From NCBI GenBank assembly GCA_951406725.2, contig OX597835.1, forward strand, positions 28,086,001 through 28,150,000: a DNA stretch of 64,000 nucleotides, given 5' to 3'. The notes below the pieces were generated by a model. It saw nothing but the letters and a program-made list of their open reading frames with translations, was not told the origin of the DNA and ran no database searches. Source of the stretch: Octopus vulgaris (Eukaryota). The translations under genes were made by a program, and so were the position numbers. This document shows positions 43,430 to 56,092 of this stretch, one piece after another; the stretch's first letter is position 1; the number at the start of each line of letters is the position of its first letter.

Positions 43430-43559
43430 GTGGTTAGAGCATCGGGCTTACAATAGCGAGGTTGTGAGTTCGATTCCTGGACCAGACGTTCTCCGGTCCT
43501 CTCAGCTGCAAACGGGCAGCCCTACAATGAACTACCCTTCTGATCAAGGGCAATGTTGA

Positions 43560-44705
43560 CCCACTCAAGAAAAGAGAGAACGTCTTGCATCAAATATTGA
43601 ACACTGTGTAGGGTACCACTGAGTGGGAACAGAAGTGGGTGTGTGACATTACATTGAGTAACAGCCATAAAATGTTGCACAGAAAGTCAACACACACATA
43701 TCTATATAATGATGAAGGAAATTGTTGTATACAGAGCTCAAGTGCACTACAACTAAAAGAAATAAAATGGCCATCAGGTGTACTGTTGGCGGATTTCAGG
43801 ACACATGGAAGTTTTGAAGGATGTAGTGTCTCGACAGCTAACAACTGATGCGGGTGGTTTATTCCATGCTTCTGCCATTCTGAGCATGAAAAATTGTTTC
43901 CGAAAGTCATGGGTGGTGTGTTGTTTTATTGATTTTATAAGCATGTCCGTGAGTGATTGTCATATGGAATTCAAAAAGGTACCCAAGTTTGTTGTTGGAA
44001 ATATGGTGGATAATCTTGTGGGTGTCAATCAAGTCAGTTGCCAGACGTCTGAGCTTCAATGTTTCCATGCCCGAGAATGCAAGACGTTCAGAGTATGGTA
44101 GATGTCTGACGGCGGGTATTCGCTTTGTTGCACATTTCTGAAGAGTTTCCAGGAGATTTATATGCAGAGCAAGAGGGGGGTTCCAGAATGGTGATGCAAA
44201 TTCCAAGTGTGGACGTACCGTTGTCGTATACAGTTTTAAATAGATAGGTGAAGAGCGGCTGACAAAGATCTTACTGAGGGATGCTAGCACCCCCTCAGCC
44301 TTTTTGACAATTTTGGATATGTGGTTTGTCCAATGCAGATTGTTGTTTACAATAATACGCAGATCATGTCCACTAGAAGACTTCTTGAGATTGGTGTTGC
44401 TGAGGGAGTATGTAAAGGATGGATTTTTCCTCCCAAAATGCATGGTGACACACTTGTCTACAGCTAGCTTGAGTTGCCAGTCAGAGGTCCACTGCTGCAT
44501 TGTATCTAGGTCTGATTGCAGGATAGGATCTGCTCTTTTTATTTCAAGGTACAGCTTGGTGTCATCTGCATATTTCAGCACTGAAACATTCCTCAAATTG
44601 GCATCTATATCATTAATGTATGCAACCAACAGTAAGGGTCCAAGAACAGATCCCTGTGATACATCAGAAGTAATCTCGTAGGGTGAAGAACGATGTCCTA
44701 CTAAT
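43560..44705 (-). mobile_element. CR1-clade LINE, 5'-truncated RT plus 3'UTR
   Basis: SQGSVLGPLL...YINDI...KYADDTKL...WQLKLAVDKC...VRPHLEFA...W. Confidence 0.9.
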
Positions 44706-45579
44706 GTTCGTAGGATGCAGCCTATGAGTTTGCTGCATTTAAAGGTTAGTTTTATAATATGCCTGATGGAAAATGCATCATTTGACATGATTAGACCTAA
44801 GTCCTGTATGTCATTAATGCTCTGAATCACTATGTTACCTTGTGATATCGCTATCGATTTGGGTGAATTCGTTTGTAATGAAGAAGCTGAAATTTTGATG
44901 TACAAAATTTCATATTTTTTCTGGTTTAGCTCCTAGCCATCGATATTTTTGTGTAATTCGTTCCCTGATGTATACGACGACGTATTACAGGTAACTTAGA
45001 GAGAAATCCATTTGCAGTAATAAGTTGAAAATTTTCTGAAGGTTCAAAATATTAAATAAAAGCTATGCGGTGCTTAAACCTGGCTTCCGTCCAATATTCG
45101 TCGTGCAAAATTATCAGCAAACCAGAACACCAGTTCCAACACTGTATAGTTGTGTTTTGCTTGAATCTTCATTAATTGATCCTACTGAATCAGAGCTAAC
45201 AACAACATCAAGAATAGCAATAATGGCAGGGTTAACATTCGGTAGTTTGAGACAATCGTAAGATTACTTGTAAAGAAAGATAACTGTGTTCGATAATATA
45301 CAGAGTTGTCGTTCTTGTCAATAGTTCTTAACGTAACAAAATCATCTACACGGTGCGACTGTTGTTGTTGTTGTTGTTTAGGTCCAGCCTTCCCTGAGCA
45401 TGTGAACTTGTGATCAAGTGCATTCTAGTTATGACCGTTCCATTTTTTTTCTGGGTCATAACTCACCGCAAATTTCACAATCCAAATAAATCTGATAAAT
45501 TTATCGTTTCCCACCAGACTCGCTTTTGGTACTAAATAATTTTTTTCCCACGGGGTTTTTTTTTTTCGCTCTCTCACTC

Positions 45580-45637
<58 letters not shown>

Positions 45638-46261
45638 GCTTCAAATGTTGTTACAGGGACAGCCATTTTGGTGGGAGGGGGCCTAGTCGATTACATCAAC
45701 CCCAGTGGTTCACTGGTACTTAATTTATTGACCCTGAAAGGATGAAAGGCAAAGTCCACCTTGGCAGAATTTGAACTTTGAATTTCGTCTGCAACTATGT
45801 GGCAGACGAAATACTGCTAAGCATTTCGCCCGGCGTGCAAACGATTCTGCCAACTTACTACCCTTCAACATTCCATTCCAACATTCTTGCTAACCACCTG
45901 AATATCAAACCATTTTCCTAAGCATGTTTTCGAAAAAAAAAAAAAAAAGAAAAACTTTAGGTCATCCATAAGCAACAAGTTGTTTATTTTCATGCTCCAT
46001 AGAACCTGCGCCCTTCATACATCTTTCTTAGGATACCCAATATTGGCACCATGCAGACATCATTAGCCTGCTGAATAAAAGGATTTGCAGAATTTTGTCA
46101 ACTGAGTTCAAATACTGCTGTGGTTGACTTAACCTTTCATCCCTCCGTTGTCAATGAAATAAGTACCAGTCATGTACTGGGGTCGATGTAAATGATTAAA
46201 ACCTTCTCCCCAAATTTCAAGCCTTGTGCCTATAGCAGAAAGAATTATTAACATTATTTGC

Positions 46262-46855
46262 CTGTCACTACATCCTGAGTTCAAATTCCACCAAGGTCGA
46301 CTTTGCCTTTCATCCTTTCGAGGTTGATAAATTAAGTACCAGTGAAATATTGGGGGTTGATGTAATTGACTCATCCCCTCCCCCAAAATGGCTGTCCCGG
46401 TGACAAAATCTGAAACCAATATTATTATTATTATCAACTTAATCCGTTGGTCTGTCCTTGTTTGTCTCCTCTGTGTTTAGCCCCTTGTGGGCAGTAAAGA
46501 AATAGGTATTTCGTCTGCCGCTATGTTCTGAGTTCAAATTCCGCCGAGGTTGACTTTGCCTTTCATCCTTTCAGGGTCGATAAATTAAGTACCAGTTACG
46601 CACTGGGGTCGATATAATCGACTTAATCCGTTTGTCTGTCCTTGTTTGTCCTCTCTGTGTTTAGCCCCTTGTGGGCAATAAAGAAATAAGTATTTCGTCT
46701 GCCGCTATGTTCTGAGTCAACTTTACCTGTCACCCTTTCGGGGTCGATTAAATAAGTACCAGTTACGCACTGAGGTTGATATAATCGACTTAATCCGTTT
46801 GTCTGTCCTTGTTTGTCCCCTCTGTGTGTAGCCCCTTGTGGGCAGTAAAGAAAGA
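46262..46855 (+). repeat. Tandem SINE multimer (~190-bp units)
   Basis: Repeats of tatttcgtctgccgctatgttctgagt...gccccttgtgggc. Confidence 0.75.
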
Positions 46856-47379
46856 ATGTTGGAATGGAATTCAGGATTGAAACGTGTGGTGTAATGGCAC
46901 TAAAAAGAGGAAATGGTAAAAGTCATGGGATCAAGCTGGAACTTGGTGAAACCATAAAGCAGCAGTTTCTCATCTGGGATCCATATGACCCCTAGGGTTC
47001 CATATAAGATTTCTGGGTGGGGGGTCCTTATGCAAGCAAAATTGTAAGTTTGGGAATCCATGATAGAACAAGTACCAGTCTTAAAAAAAAAAAAAAAAGT
47101 CCTAGGATCAATTCAGTTGATTAAAAATTCTTGAAGGTAGTGCTCCAGCATGGCCACAGCCTAATGACTGAAACAAGAAGAGAATTATGGATTGAATACA
47201 GTCATGGTCTGGGTTTGTTTCGCACCCAGTGACCTATTTCCTGGCATATTAAATATTAGTGACACATCCTTTATCTTCCTGCTCTAAACTCGTTAGCATT
47301 AGAAATCCTTTTCTCTCTCTGATAATTAAACTTAGAAAGTCATTTATTATATCTTCATATTATATTTATATTATGTCAA

Positions 47380-47712
47380 CATCAATGGAAATTGTAGCTG
47401 CGATACCAGTGCCGTTGGCACGTAAGAGAACCATCCGAACGTGGCTGTTGCCAGCGTCGCCCCAACTGGCCTCCGTGCCGGTGGCACGTAAAAAGCACCA
47501 TCTGATTGTGGCCGTTGCCAGCCTCGTCTGCCACGTAAAAAGCAACCACTACACTCACGGAGTGGTTGGTGTTAGGAAGGGCATCCAGCTGTAGAAACAC
47601 TGCCAGATCAGACTAGGCCTGGCACAGCCTCCTGGCTTCCCAGACCCCAGTTGAACCGTCCAACCCATGCTAGCATGGAAAACGGATGTTAAACGATGAT
47701 GATGATGATGAT
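47380..47712 (+). mobile_element. RTE-like 3'UTR copy
   Basis: Same family motifs and (gat)n tail. Confidence 0.75.
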
Positions 47713-47749
47713 TTATTAAATCTTCTGGCATTTATTATGCTATTTTTTT

Positions 47750-48060
47750 TTTCATCACCAAATGAATAAAATTTGAACACCGAGAAAATCATTCAGATCT
47801 CATGCTACTGCTTTAGTTTTCAGTTCATTGTTGACACTGCATGGCCCAAATATCTCTCCCAAATACTCAAAACCTTCGTCTCTTTTTCCAGTTCAGGCCA
47901 CTTAGCTGCAGACTTACACAGGTTATACTAACTTCTTGATGAAGACTTCAGCAGATTCTTCGCCTTCTTCCTGTAGCATATCAGTTTCTGTCTTGGAGGT
48001 AATCCAAGATGCTTCAATGCAGTTCTGTTCCCACATTGTTTTGACATATTTATTTGCTGG
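47750..48060 (-). mobile_element. Degenerate pogo/Tigger-like transposase N-terminus
   Basis: NRTALKHLGLPPRQKLICYRKKAKNLLKS..*..KSAAKWPELEKE resembles pogo DNA-binding HTH motifs (NRAA.RHFG...KWPELE). Confidence 0.55.
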
Positions 48061-48415
48061 CAATTTGGAACCATTCCTATAATAATGCCTTTTTGCTTCC
48101 AAATGACGTAATAATAAACTTGCTAATTTTTTTCAAAATCGAAAGTTATTTTAAAGTTATAAACCATTCCTAATGAAAGTAAATTTCAGTTTGAACTCTC
48201 TTTACTCTTTTTACTCTTTTACTTGTTTCAGTCATTTGACTGCGGCCATGCTGGAGCACTGCCTTTAGTCGAGCAACTCGACCCCGGGACTTATTCTTTT
48301 GTAAGCCCAGTACTTATTCTATCGGTCTCTTTTGCCGAACCGCTAAGTGACGGGGACGTAAACACACCAGCATCGGTTGTCAAGCAATGCTAGGGGGACA
48401 AACACAGACACACAA

Positions 48416-48448
<33 letters not shown>

Positions 48449-48903
48449 CACGACAGGCTTCTTTCAGTTTCCGTCTACCAAATCCACTCACAAGGCATTG
48501 GTCGGCCCGGGGCTATAGCAGAAGACACTTGCCCAAGATGTCACGCAGTGGGACTGAACCCGGAACCAAGTGGTTGGTTAGCAAGCTACTTACCACACAG
48601 CCACTCCTGCATCTATGAGGCCAAATTTTTAAAAAGTGCTATCTGCGTGATTTAAATTTTGTTCAAGCATGCACAGCAAACACCTGAACAGGTAACAGAC
48701 TGGGAACATTGTCAAATAGCTTTCGTCAGTAGTAAAGTACAAAAGTACAAAGATAGTCAGCAGTTACTTATGAGTGAGTACCACTTGGTGACATGTACCA
48801 GGCACTTATTGATTGCTGAAGACGACTAGGTAGTCACGAGCATATGCAGACTCCCTCTTGCCTCTTCCCCCACCCTCACTTAGTCTCACCCACACCCACC
48901 TAG

Positions 48904-49532
48904 CACCACCACCACCACCACCACCACCAAAACCACCACCACCACCAAAACCACCAAAACCACCACCACCACCACCACCAAAACCACCACCACCAAAACC
49001 ACCACCACCACCACCACCACCAAAACCACCACCACCAAAACCACCACCACCACCAAAACCACCAAAACCACCACCACCAAAACCACCACCACCACCACCA
49101 CCACCACCACCAAAACCACCACCACCACCACCACCACCAAAACCACCACCACCACCACCACCACCAAAACCACCACCACCAAAACCACCACCACCAAAAC
49201 CACCACCACCACCACCAAAACCACCACCACCACCACCAAAACTACCACCACCAAAACCACCACCACCACCACCACCACCACCACCACCACCACCAAAACC
49301 ACCACCACCACCACCACCACCACCACCACCACCAAAACCACCACCACCAAAACCACCACCACCATCACCACCACCAACACCACCACCACCACCACCACCA
49401 CCATCACCACCACCACCACCACCACCACCAAAACCACCACCACCATCACCACCACCACCACCACCACAACCACCACCACCACCACCACCAAAACCACCAC
49501 CACCACCACCACCACCACCACCACCACCACCA
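48904..49532. repeat. (CCA)n microsatellite with in-frame AAA interruptions
   Basis: Direct reading. Confidence 0.95.
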
Positions 49533-50114
49533 CATTGCATCAGCAGAATATACAGGATGCAACAACGGGAGAGAGAGGAAAGAGAAAGTGGTGGGGGAGT
49601 GAGCTGCACCACCTCACAGCTGGTGTACTTTTACGGCTGAGTAGACTGGTGCAGCATAAAAAATGAAGTGCCTTGCTCAAGGACACAATGTGTCACCTGA
49701 TCCAAGAATTGAAACCCTGTCCACATGATCATGAACCAAACATCCAAATCACTAGGCCATGGGACTTCATTAAATTAATTAAGAAATGACCCTAATTGTA
49801 GCAGGCCTCTTTTCTTTTCAGGCAAAACGATGGACCCTAAATTGTCACTTGACAAGCTAGAAATAGAAATCAAGTTTCCTCAAAACACATCCTACTATTA
49901 AAAGAAGAAAAAAAGAAAGAAAAGAACACATTAAAAAATATTGCCTTAGATATTCAAAAAGATGTGATGGTCATGACTGGAGTGCTTTTCGTAATAGGTC
50001 TTCCAATTTAGGACTAATATGAGGTTAAACATCATCAACTACATCAACAATCCACTGGGTCTCTTGTTACTGTTCCTGAACAATCCCACTGATTCCAGAA
50101 TTGAGAGTATATTT

Positions 50115-50662
50115 ACCCTGGCACGTCCGTGCTGGTGGCATGTAAAAAGCACCATCCGATCGTGGCCGTTGCCAGCCTTGCCTGGCCTCCATGTAAAAAG
50201 CACCATCCGATCGTGGCCGTTGCCAGCCTTGCCTGGCCTCCATGTAAAAAGCACCATCCGATCGTGGCCGTTGCCAGCCTTGCCTGGCCTCCATGTAAAA
50301 AGCACCATCCGATCGTGGCCGTTGCCAGCCTTGCCTGGCCTCCATGTAAAAAGCACCATCCGATTGTGGCCGTTGCCAGCCTTGCCTGGCCTCCATGTAA
50401 AAAGCACCATCCGATTGTGGCTGTTGCCAGCCTCGCCTCGCCCCCGTGCCGGTGGCACATAAAAAGCACCATCAGATCGTGGCCGTTTGCCAGCCTCGTT
50501 TGGCACCTGTGCCAGTGGCATGTAAAAAGTATCCACTACACTCACGGAGTGGTTGGCGTTAGGAAGGGCATCCAGCCGTAAAAACATTGCCAGATCAGAC
50601 TGGGCCTGGTGCAGCCTTCTGGCTTCCCTGACCCCAGTTGAACCGTCCAACCCATGCTAGCT
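50115..50662 (+). repeat. RTE 3'UTR with ~6 x 51-bp tandem expansion
   Basis: Unit catgtaaaaagcaccatccgatcgtggccgttgccagccttgcctggcctc. Confidence 0.9.
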
Positions 50663-51640
50663 GGTGGTTGTTATTCATCCATCGCTTAGATAATTCAGCT
50701 GGGGTCATCATTAGTCACATGTGCTCTGTTATATTGATTTTCCACCAGTGAAAATGGCAGGAATCCACATAATTTGCTTTCATGAAAAACTCTCACCCCT
50801 CTGACTCGTAAATATTTTATCACACCAATTTATGGTAAAAAAAGGGAGGCTCCAGAATGCATACAGATTATTTATTTGAGAATGTATTATGTGCAATGTG
50901 ATTGGATCTTTGATCCAATTCCTGTGCAACACTCAACCAATCACAACACAGGGCTCAACAAATGTCAACACACTCACATGATAGTTATGTCGACCAACCA
51001 CTACATGTGATACTCTGTGTACCTGTTTAGGCAACATTTATTTGATTGTACAGCACAAACGTTTGGTCACTATAAATAAATTTCTATAAATAAACCATTA
51101 TTTGTACAGGTTGTTCAGCAAGGAATTCTGGAACCATCCTTTTTTGATGATAACCATAATGAAAAAATAAAAAAATATATAAATAAACCCCTCTTCTATC
51201 TGGGTATTATCAATACATTGACTATTGTGACCGGGTTTTTTTTTTTTGGTTTTTGTTTTAGTTTCTAGCTTGGGTACTACATTGTCTCTGGGTATTATGA
51301 ATAGTCTGATCATTGTGATCCATGAAGACTGGTTGGAGCTTGTTACTAGAGAATATTTATTTATGAGTATAATGAAAAATTTCGCCATGGTGACAAGTTT
51401 TGATAATAGTTGAGATACATTGTTTACATGTGGGGGGTTTTTTGTGAGAAATTTTAAGCCAAACAAATCAACACTAAACATATTTCTATAAGCCTGAAAC
51501 TTATTTTGACTGGCATCCGTGCTAGTGGAACACTAAGAGTACCATACGAGCGTGATCGTTGCCAGAGCAACAAACTGGCCTCCGTGCCGTTGGCATGTAA
51601 AAAGCACCATTCGAGTGTGATCCTTACCTGTGTTGCTTAA

Positions 51641-51860
51641 TCCTTTAGTGTTTAAACCGGCCACATCTGGCCCAGATATTCTACTTGTTTTATATTTGAA
51701 CTAGCCATATCTAACCTCTCACACCTAACCAACATTGACATTCTAAAAATAAGCAATCACATCATTGAAACCTCAAAGCTGTAAGACAATGCATGAGTAA
51801 TTCAAAACAATTTGAGTGAAAAAGTATTACATTTAACAGAGTAATCTGAACACTAAAGGG
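51641..51860. mobile_element. piggyBac-like MITE with TTAA TSD
   Basis: ttaa|tcctttagtgtt...aacactaaaggg|ttaa, splitting an RTE 3'UTR remnant. Confidence 0.75.
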
Positions 51861-51892
51861 TTAACTGGCACTTGTACTGCCGGCACAAGTGC

Positions 51893-52670
51893 TAGAAATA
51901 CTGCTGTAACAAATATTCTGCTCAATACCACTGATTTGCTTGTTGTCTTTGGCCAGTAGGGGTTATCTCTTGTTTACTTCGATCTAGAAATCAAAGGAAG
52001 TGACTACTATTCCCTTCAACCTTTGCTTTTCTGACTTCAACATCAATGTTCTGAAACATTTCAGAAAGATTCAGTGCCAAGGTCCTGAAGCAGAAATATC
52101 ATTGTAGCAAATATTCTGCTCAGTACCACAGATTCGCTTGTTGCCTTTGGTCAGCAAAAGCTATTTCCTGTTTGATTCTATTTAGAAATCAAAGGAAATG
52201 ACTACTATTCCCTTCAAACTTTGCTCTTCTGACCTGGACATCAAGGTTTTGAAACTGACCTATTTTCCATTACATTTCAGAAAGATTCAGCGCTGAGTTA
52301 CTGAAGCAGAAATATCGTTATAGCAAATATTTTGCTCAATACCACAGATTTGCTTGTTGTCTTTGGCCAGCAGGGGTTATCTCTTGTTTACTTCTATCTA
52401 GAAATCAAAGGAAGTGACTACTATTCCCTTCAAACTTTGCTTTTCTGACCACCTGGACATCAATGTTCTGAAACAATTCAGAAAGATTCAGTGCCAAGGT
52501 CCTGAAGCAGAAATACTGCTGTAGCAAATATTCTGCTCAATACCACAGATTTGCTTGACCTTAACCACCTGAGCACGTCCCCTAATGGCTGACAATATTT
52601 GAATCCCTGAACATGAGCAGAAGTAGCAGAGAAACATCATAGCCATGTGTTGAGCAGGATTCTTTTGGGT
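51893..52670 (+). repeat. ~200-215-bp tandem repeat, 3 units plus partial
   Basis: caaatattctgctcaataccacagatttgcttg variants recur at ~51910, 52108, 52325, 52525. Confidence 0.85.
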
Positions 52671-52848
52671 CTGAATAAATGTAAAGAAAGCGAAATTTGA
52701 AGGAAACATTAGCCATTTTTCATACTATCTAAAGGTAAACAAACAGGAAATAATAGTTGCTACCTGAGCACAAATATCGTGTTACACTGTGTAATCTGAC
52801 AGTTGTGAGTGGTTTTCCTTTGAACCTTGGGTATTCTGTGTAAGCTTT

Positions 52849-53267
52849 GGATCTTTTCGGTTTGAACGGCAGTTTTTTCTAGCAGTGTCATATGAAATTG
52901 TCACCCATAATTATAACCCTAGAATCGATCTATTGCATTTCAATCTGTTTTAGGGTTAGGGTTAGGGGTGGGGAAATGGTATCTTTTTTCTTCACAAATG
53001 TAAATAAACCCAATCTGTTTCTTAAACGAGGGATATATTCATACGGCACAGAATGTTTTTTTTTACCTCAATAGGCGTCACTGATTGGTTGAAATTGCAG
53101 AAATTGAAGAAAAAAAAACAACAAATATCTTACAAACTATAGAATTTTCTCAATAAAGCCAAGAGAAAAAGATGTTTTATAAACACATTCTACCAGTACA
53201 CGAAGTTTAAAAGTGTTAAGTTACGTGGAAATTATGTTAAAAACTGGCGTTCAAACCTAAAAGATCC
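52849..53267. mobile_element. Second copy of the TTAGGG-containing MITE
   Basis: Colinear with 42114-42552; TIRs intact, no clean TSD. Confidence 0.85.
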
Positions 53268-53645
53268 TTCGGTTCTCATGTTGTGTTTTACTGAGGCTTT
53301 CTCAGTAAAGCAGGGTGTGTTTTCCGTTGTATTTATTATGTATAAATTGTTTCTGTATTAATTTGTTGTTCAATTGACTAAACTATTTATATACATGTCA
53401 TTCATTGACAAACGTTTCTTTTACTCCGTTCATTTCTTATTTAAGGATTTAGTACTTTGCTTCTTAAAACAGAAAGGCTATTCTTAATGGGGTGGGGGTA
53501 GGTGGGTGGGGTAGTGGTGGGAGTGGTTGTGGTGTTTGTGGTGGCAGTAAAAATGTTTGTGGTAGGGGTGCTGGTGGTGATGCTTGTAGTGGTTGTGGTA
53601 TTAGTAGTAGAAGTGGTAGTTGTGGTGGTGGTGGTGTCAGTGGCG

Positions 53646-53676
<31 letters not shown>

Positions 53677-54414
53677 CAGCAGCAGCAGCAGCAATAGCAG
53701 TTGTAGTAGTAGTAGTTGTGATGGTGGCGGTGGTGGTGGTGGTGGTAGTAGTAGTAGTGGTGTTAATGGTGGTGGTTGCGGTAGTAGTGGTGATGGCAGT
53801 GGAGATGGTGGTCATTCTCATTGTCATAGTAGTAGAAGTAGTTGTGGAAGCAGTCGCGGTTGTTGTTGTTGTTTAACCACAGGCAGGCATTGACTGAGCG
53901 GGCCAATGACCCAAATAAACAATTTCTCCTTGACACCAATCTGTCTTTTTTTAAAATTATATTTTAAATCTGAGGTGATGGGAAGGCATTATGTACCATT
54001 CACCAGAGCCACCCAACGCCTTGCGTGTGGATGTGGGTAGCTCTGGGTAATAGCAGAAGACACTTGTCCAAGGTGCCACATAGCAGTGCTTGGTTAACCA
54101 TTAGGCAAAATAAACACATGCTTAGGGCATCAAGGCAAAGAAGGAGCACTACAGAAATGGTAAATAGTTTACGCCACTAAAGAAATCACTTTAAACTTGC
54201 TAAAATAATATTCGGGATACCTTTATCTCTACTAAGTATAGATGCAGATGTGTTACCTAAGATTAATTTTGAGGATCTAATCAAAGACTTTGCAATTCAA
54301 AAAAGTAGGAGGAAATTTTTCAAATATAAATAAAGTAAAAGGATGCAAAAATAAACATTATTTTCCCTCTTATTGTTTTGTTTCGTTTTGAAAAATAAAA
54401 ATATATTTTATGGT

Positions 54415-54637
54415 TTACTCGAAGGAGAGGGGCTTTCTCCGTCCGGGTTGCGGATCCGTGGAATAAGCTGCCGGACGAGATGGTGAAGATGCCAACGACC
54501 GCTCGGTTCAAAGTCTCCCTTGACCACAATGGCCTGAACTCTTTACATGAACACCACCCTGTACATAACATGTTCCCCTACATGGCCTTGCTTTTTTGTT
54601 TTTTGAGCCAAAAATTAATTAACTAACTAACTAACTA
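54415..54637 (+). mobile_element. CR1-like LINE 3' tip with (AACT)n tail
   Basis: RRRGAFSVRVADPWNKLPDEMVKMPTTARFKVSLD. Confidence 0.8.
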
Positions 54638-54945
54638 CTAGCAGTATCGCCCGGCGTTGCTCGGGTTTGTAAGGGAAATAACTATATAAGCATTTTTAGA
54701 GAGTTACTTCCCTTATATAAACCGAGCAAAAATGCATTAAAAATGCGGAAAAATGATGGTAATTTTTTTTTAAAATCGTAGTCTCATCGTAGACGTGCGC
54801 TAATACCCAGAAGGGCTAGATATGAATCACGACTATAAGATACCCGCTTTTGGTTAAACTGCACTGCAAAATGTGGGAGTAGTTAGGAATCTAAATCGGA
54901 GGAGACAGACTCTCACACACACAACTTCAGTTTTATATATAAAGA
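54638..54945 (-). mobile_element. Non-autonomous Helitron
   Basis: Minus strand a|TCtttatatataaaa...cccgagcaacgccggg (hairpin) cgatactgCTAG|t: 5'-TC, 3'-CTAG, A|T target, no TSD. Confidence 0.85.
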
Positions 54946-55095
54946 TTATTGTTTATATTTTGAATTACATTGTCTTTTATGGGGGGCACCAAAATCTTTT
55001 AAGTGCTTAGGGCCTCAATGGGTCTTAATTCGGCCCTGCCACATAGTAAGACAAAACACTGAACCATACGGTTAGGAAGCAAACATCTTATCACA

Positions 55096-55137
<42 letters not shown>

Positions 55138-55478
55138 ATTTAGCTCCACTGAGACCAGCGAGGTTACCAGATCATTGAATTTTCACCGATATCTGATCAT
55201 TACATTTTAAATTATAAGGTTTAACAAAACTCATTAAGATTCTATCTCTCTCTATATATATATATTTATAGGTACAGGTATGTAGCTGTGTGGTAAGAAG
55301 TTCACTTCTCAACCACATGGTTCCAGGTTCAGTCCCACTGTGTGGTACCTTGGGCAAGTGTCTTCTACGATATTCTCAGGCCAACCAAAGACTTCCATTT
55401 TAAGCATGTGCCTTCTACTGAATGGAAACTGCCTTAGATATATTTCTCCATTTTCTCATTTTGTATATATATATATAT

Positions 55479-55521
<43 letters not shown>

Positions 55522-56048
55522 TATATGACAGTACTGCCTGATTGGCATGTAAAAAGAACCATTTGAGTGTGGTCATTGCCAGTGCCACTTGACTGGTCCC
55601 GTGCCCATGACACGTAAAAAGCACCATTCATATGTGTGTTTGTGTGCGTGCATGCATGTGTGTGTGAGTGAGAGAGTTAGAGAGTATTTTTGTGTTTTCA
55701 TGTCTGTGTTTGTCCCCGACTATGCCTTGACAACCAGTGTTGGCTTGTTTACATCCCTGTAACTTAGCAGTTTGGCAAAAGAGACTGACAGAATAAGTAC
55801 CAGGCTTAAAAAGCAAAATTACTAAGGTTGATTAGTTTGACTAAAAATAAAAAAAACTCTTGAAGGCAGTGCCCCAGCATGGTTGCAGTCCAATGACTCA
55901 AACAAGGAAAAAATAAAAGATGTGTACATCACAATTATGAGTAATATTCTGAACAGAACGGAGATGAGAACAGAAAGAAGTAGATATAAAATTGTAATTG
56001 AAGTAAAGAAATAATATTGCAGTCATCTTAGCGAGCAAGGCTGGCTAC

Positions 56049-56092
56049 CCTGGACTGATGACGAGCAATACACTAAGAAACATGTCTTCAGG
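56049..56092 (+). ncRNA. Minimal type-I hammerhead ribozyme motif
   Basis: Stem I cctgga/ttcagg; core CTGATGA...GAAA; stem III GAAAC-AT-GTC with palindromic loop; predicted cleavage after GTC (56086); stem II poorly paired. Confidence 0.65.

Larger units (their letters stand above)
54084..55038 (+). mobile_element. Non-autonomous hAT element with 8-bp TSD ccacatag
   Basis: cagtgcttggttaa / ttaattcggccctg ends; TSD at 54076-54083 and 55039-55046; remnant LSLLSIDADVLPKINFEDLIKDFAIQKSRRKF (hAT C-terminal dimerisation region). Confidence 0.85.

Noticed and set aside
44830-45360. Possible host exon in unique sequence
   Set aside because: Short ORFs only, no recognisable domain or consistent splice pair.
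50135-50465. CRISPR array
   Set aside because: Units are near-identical throughout with no unique spacers; no cas genes; eukaryotic DNA.
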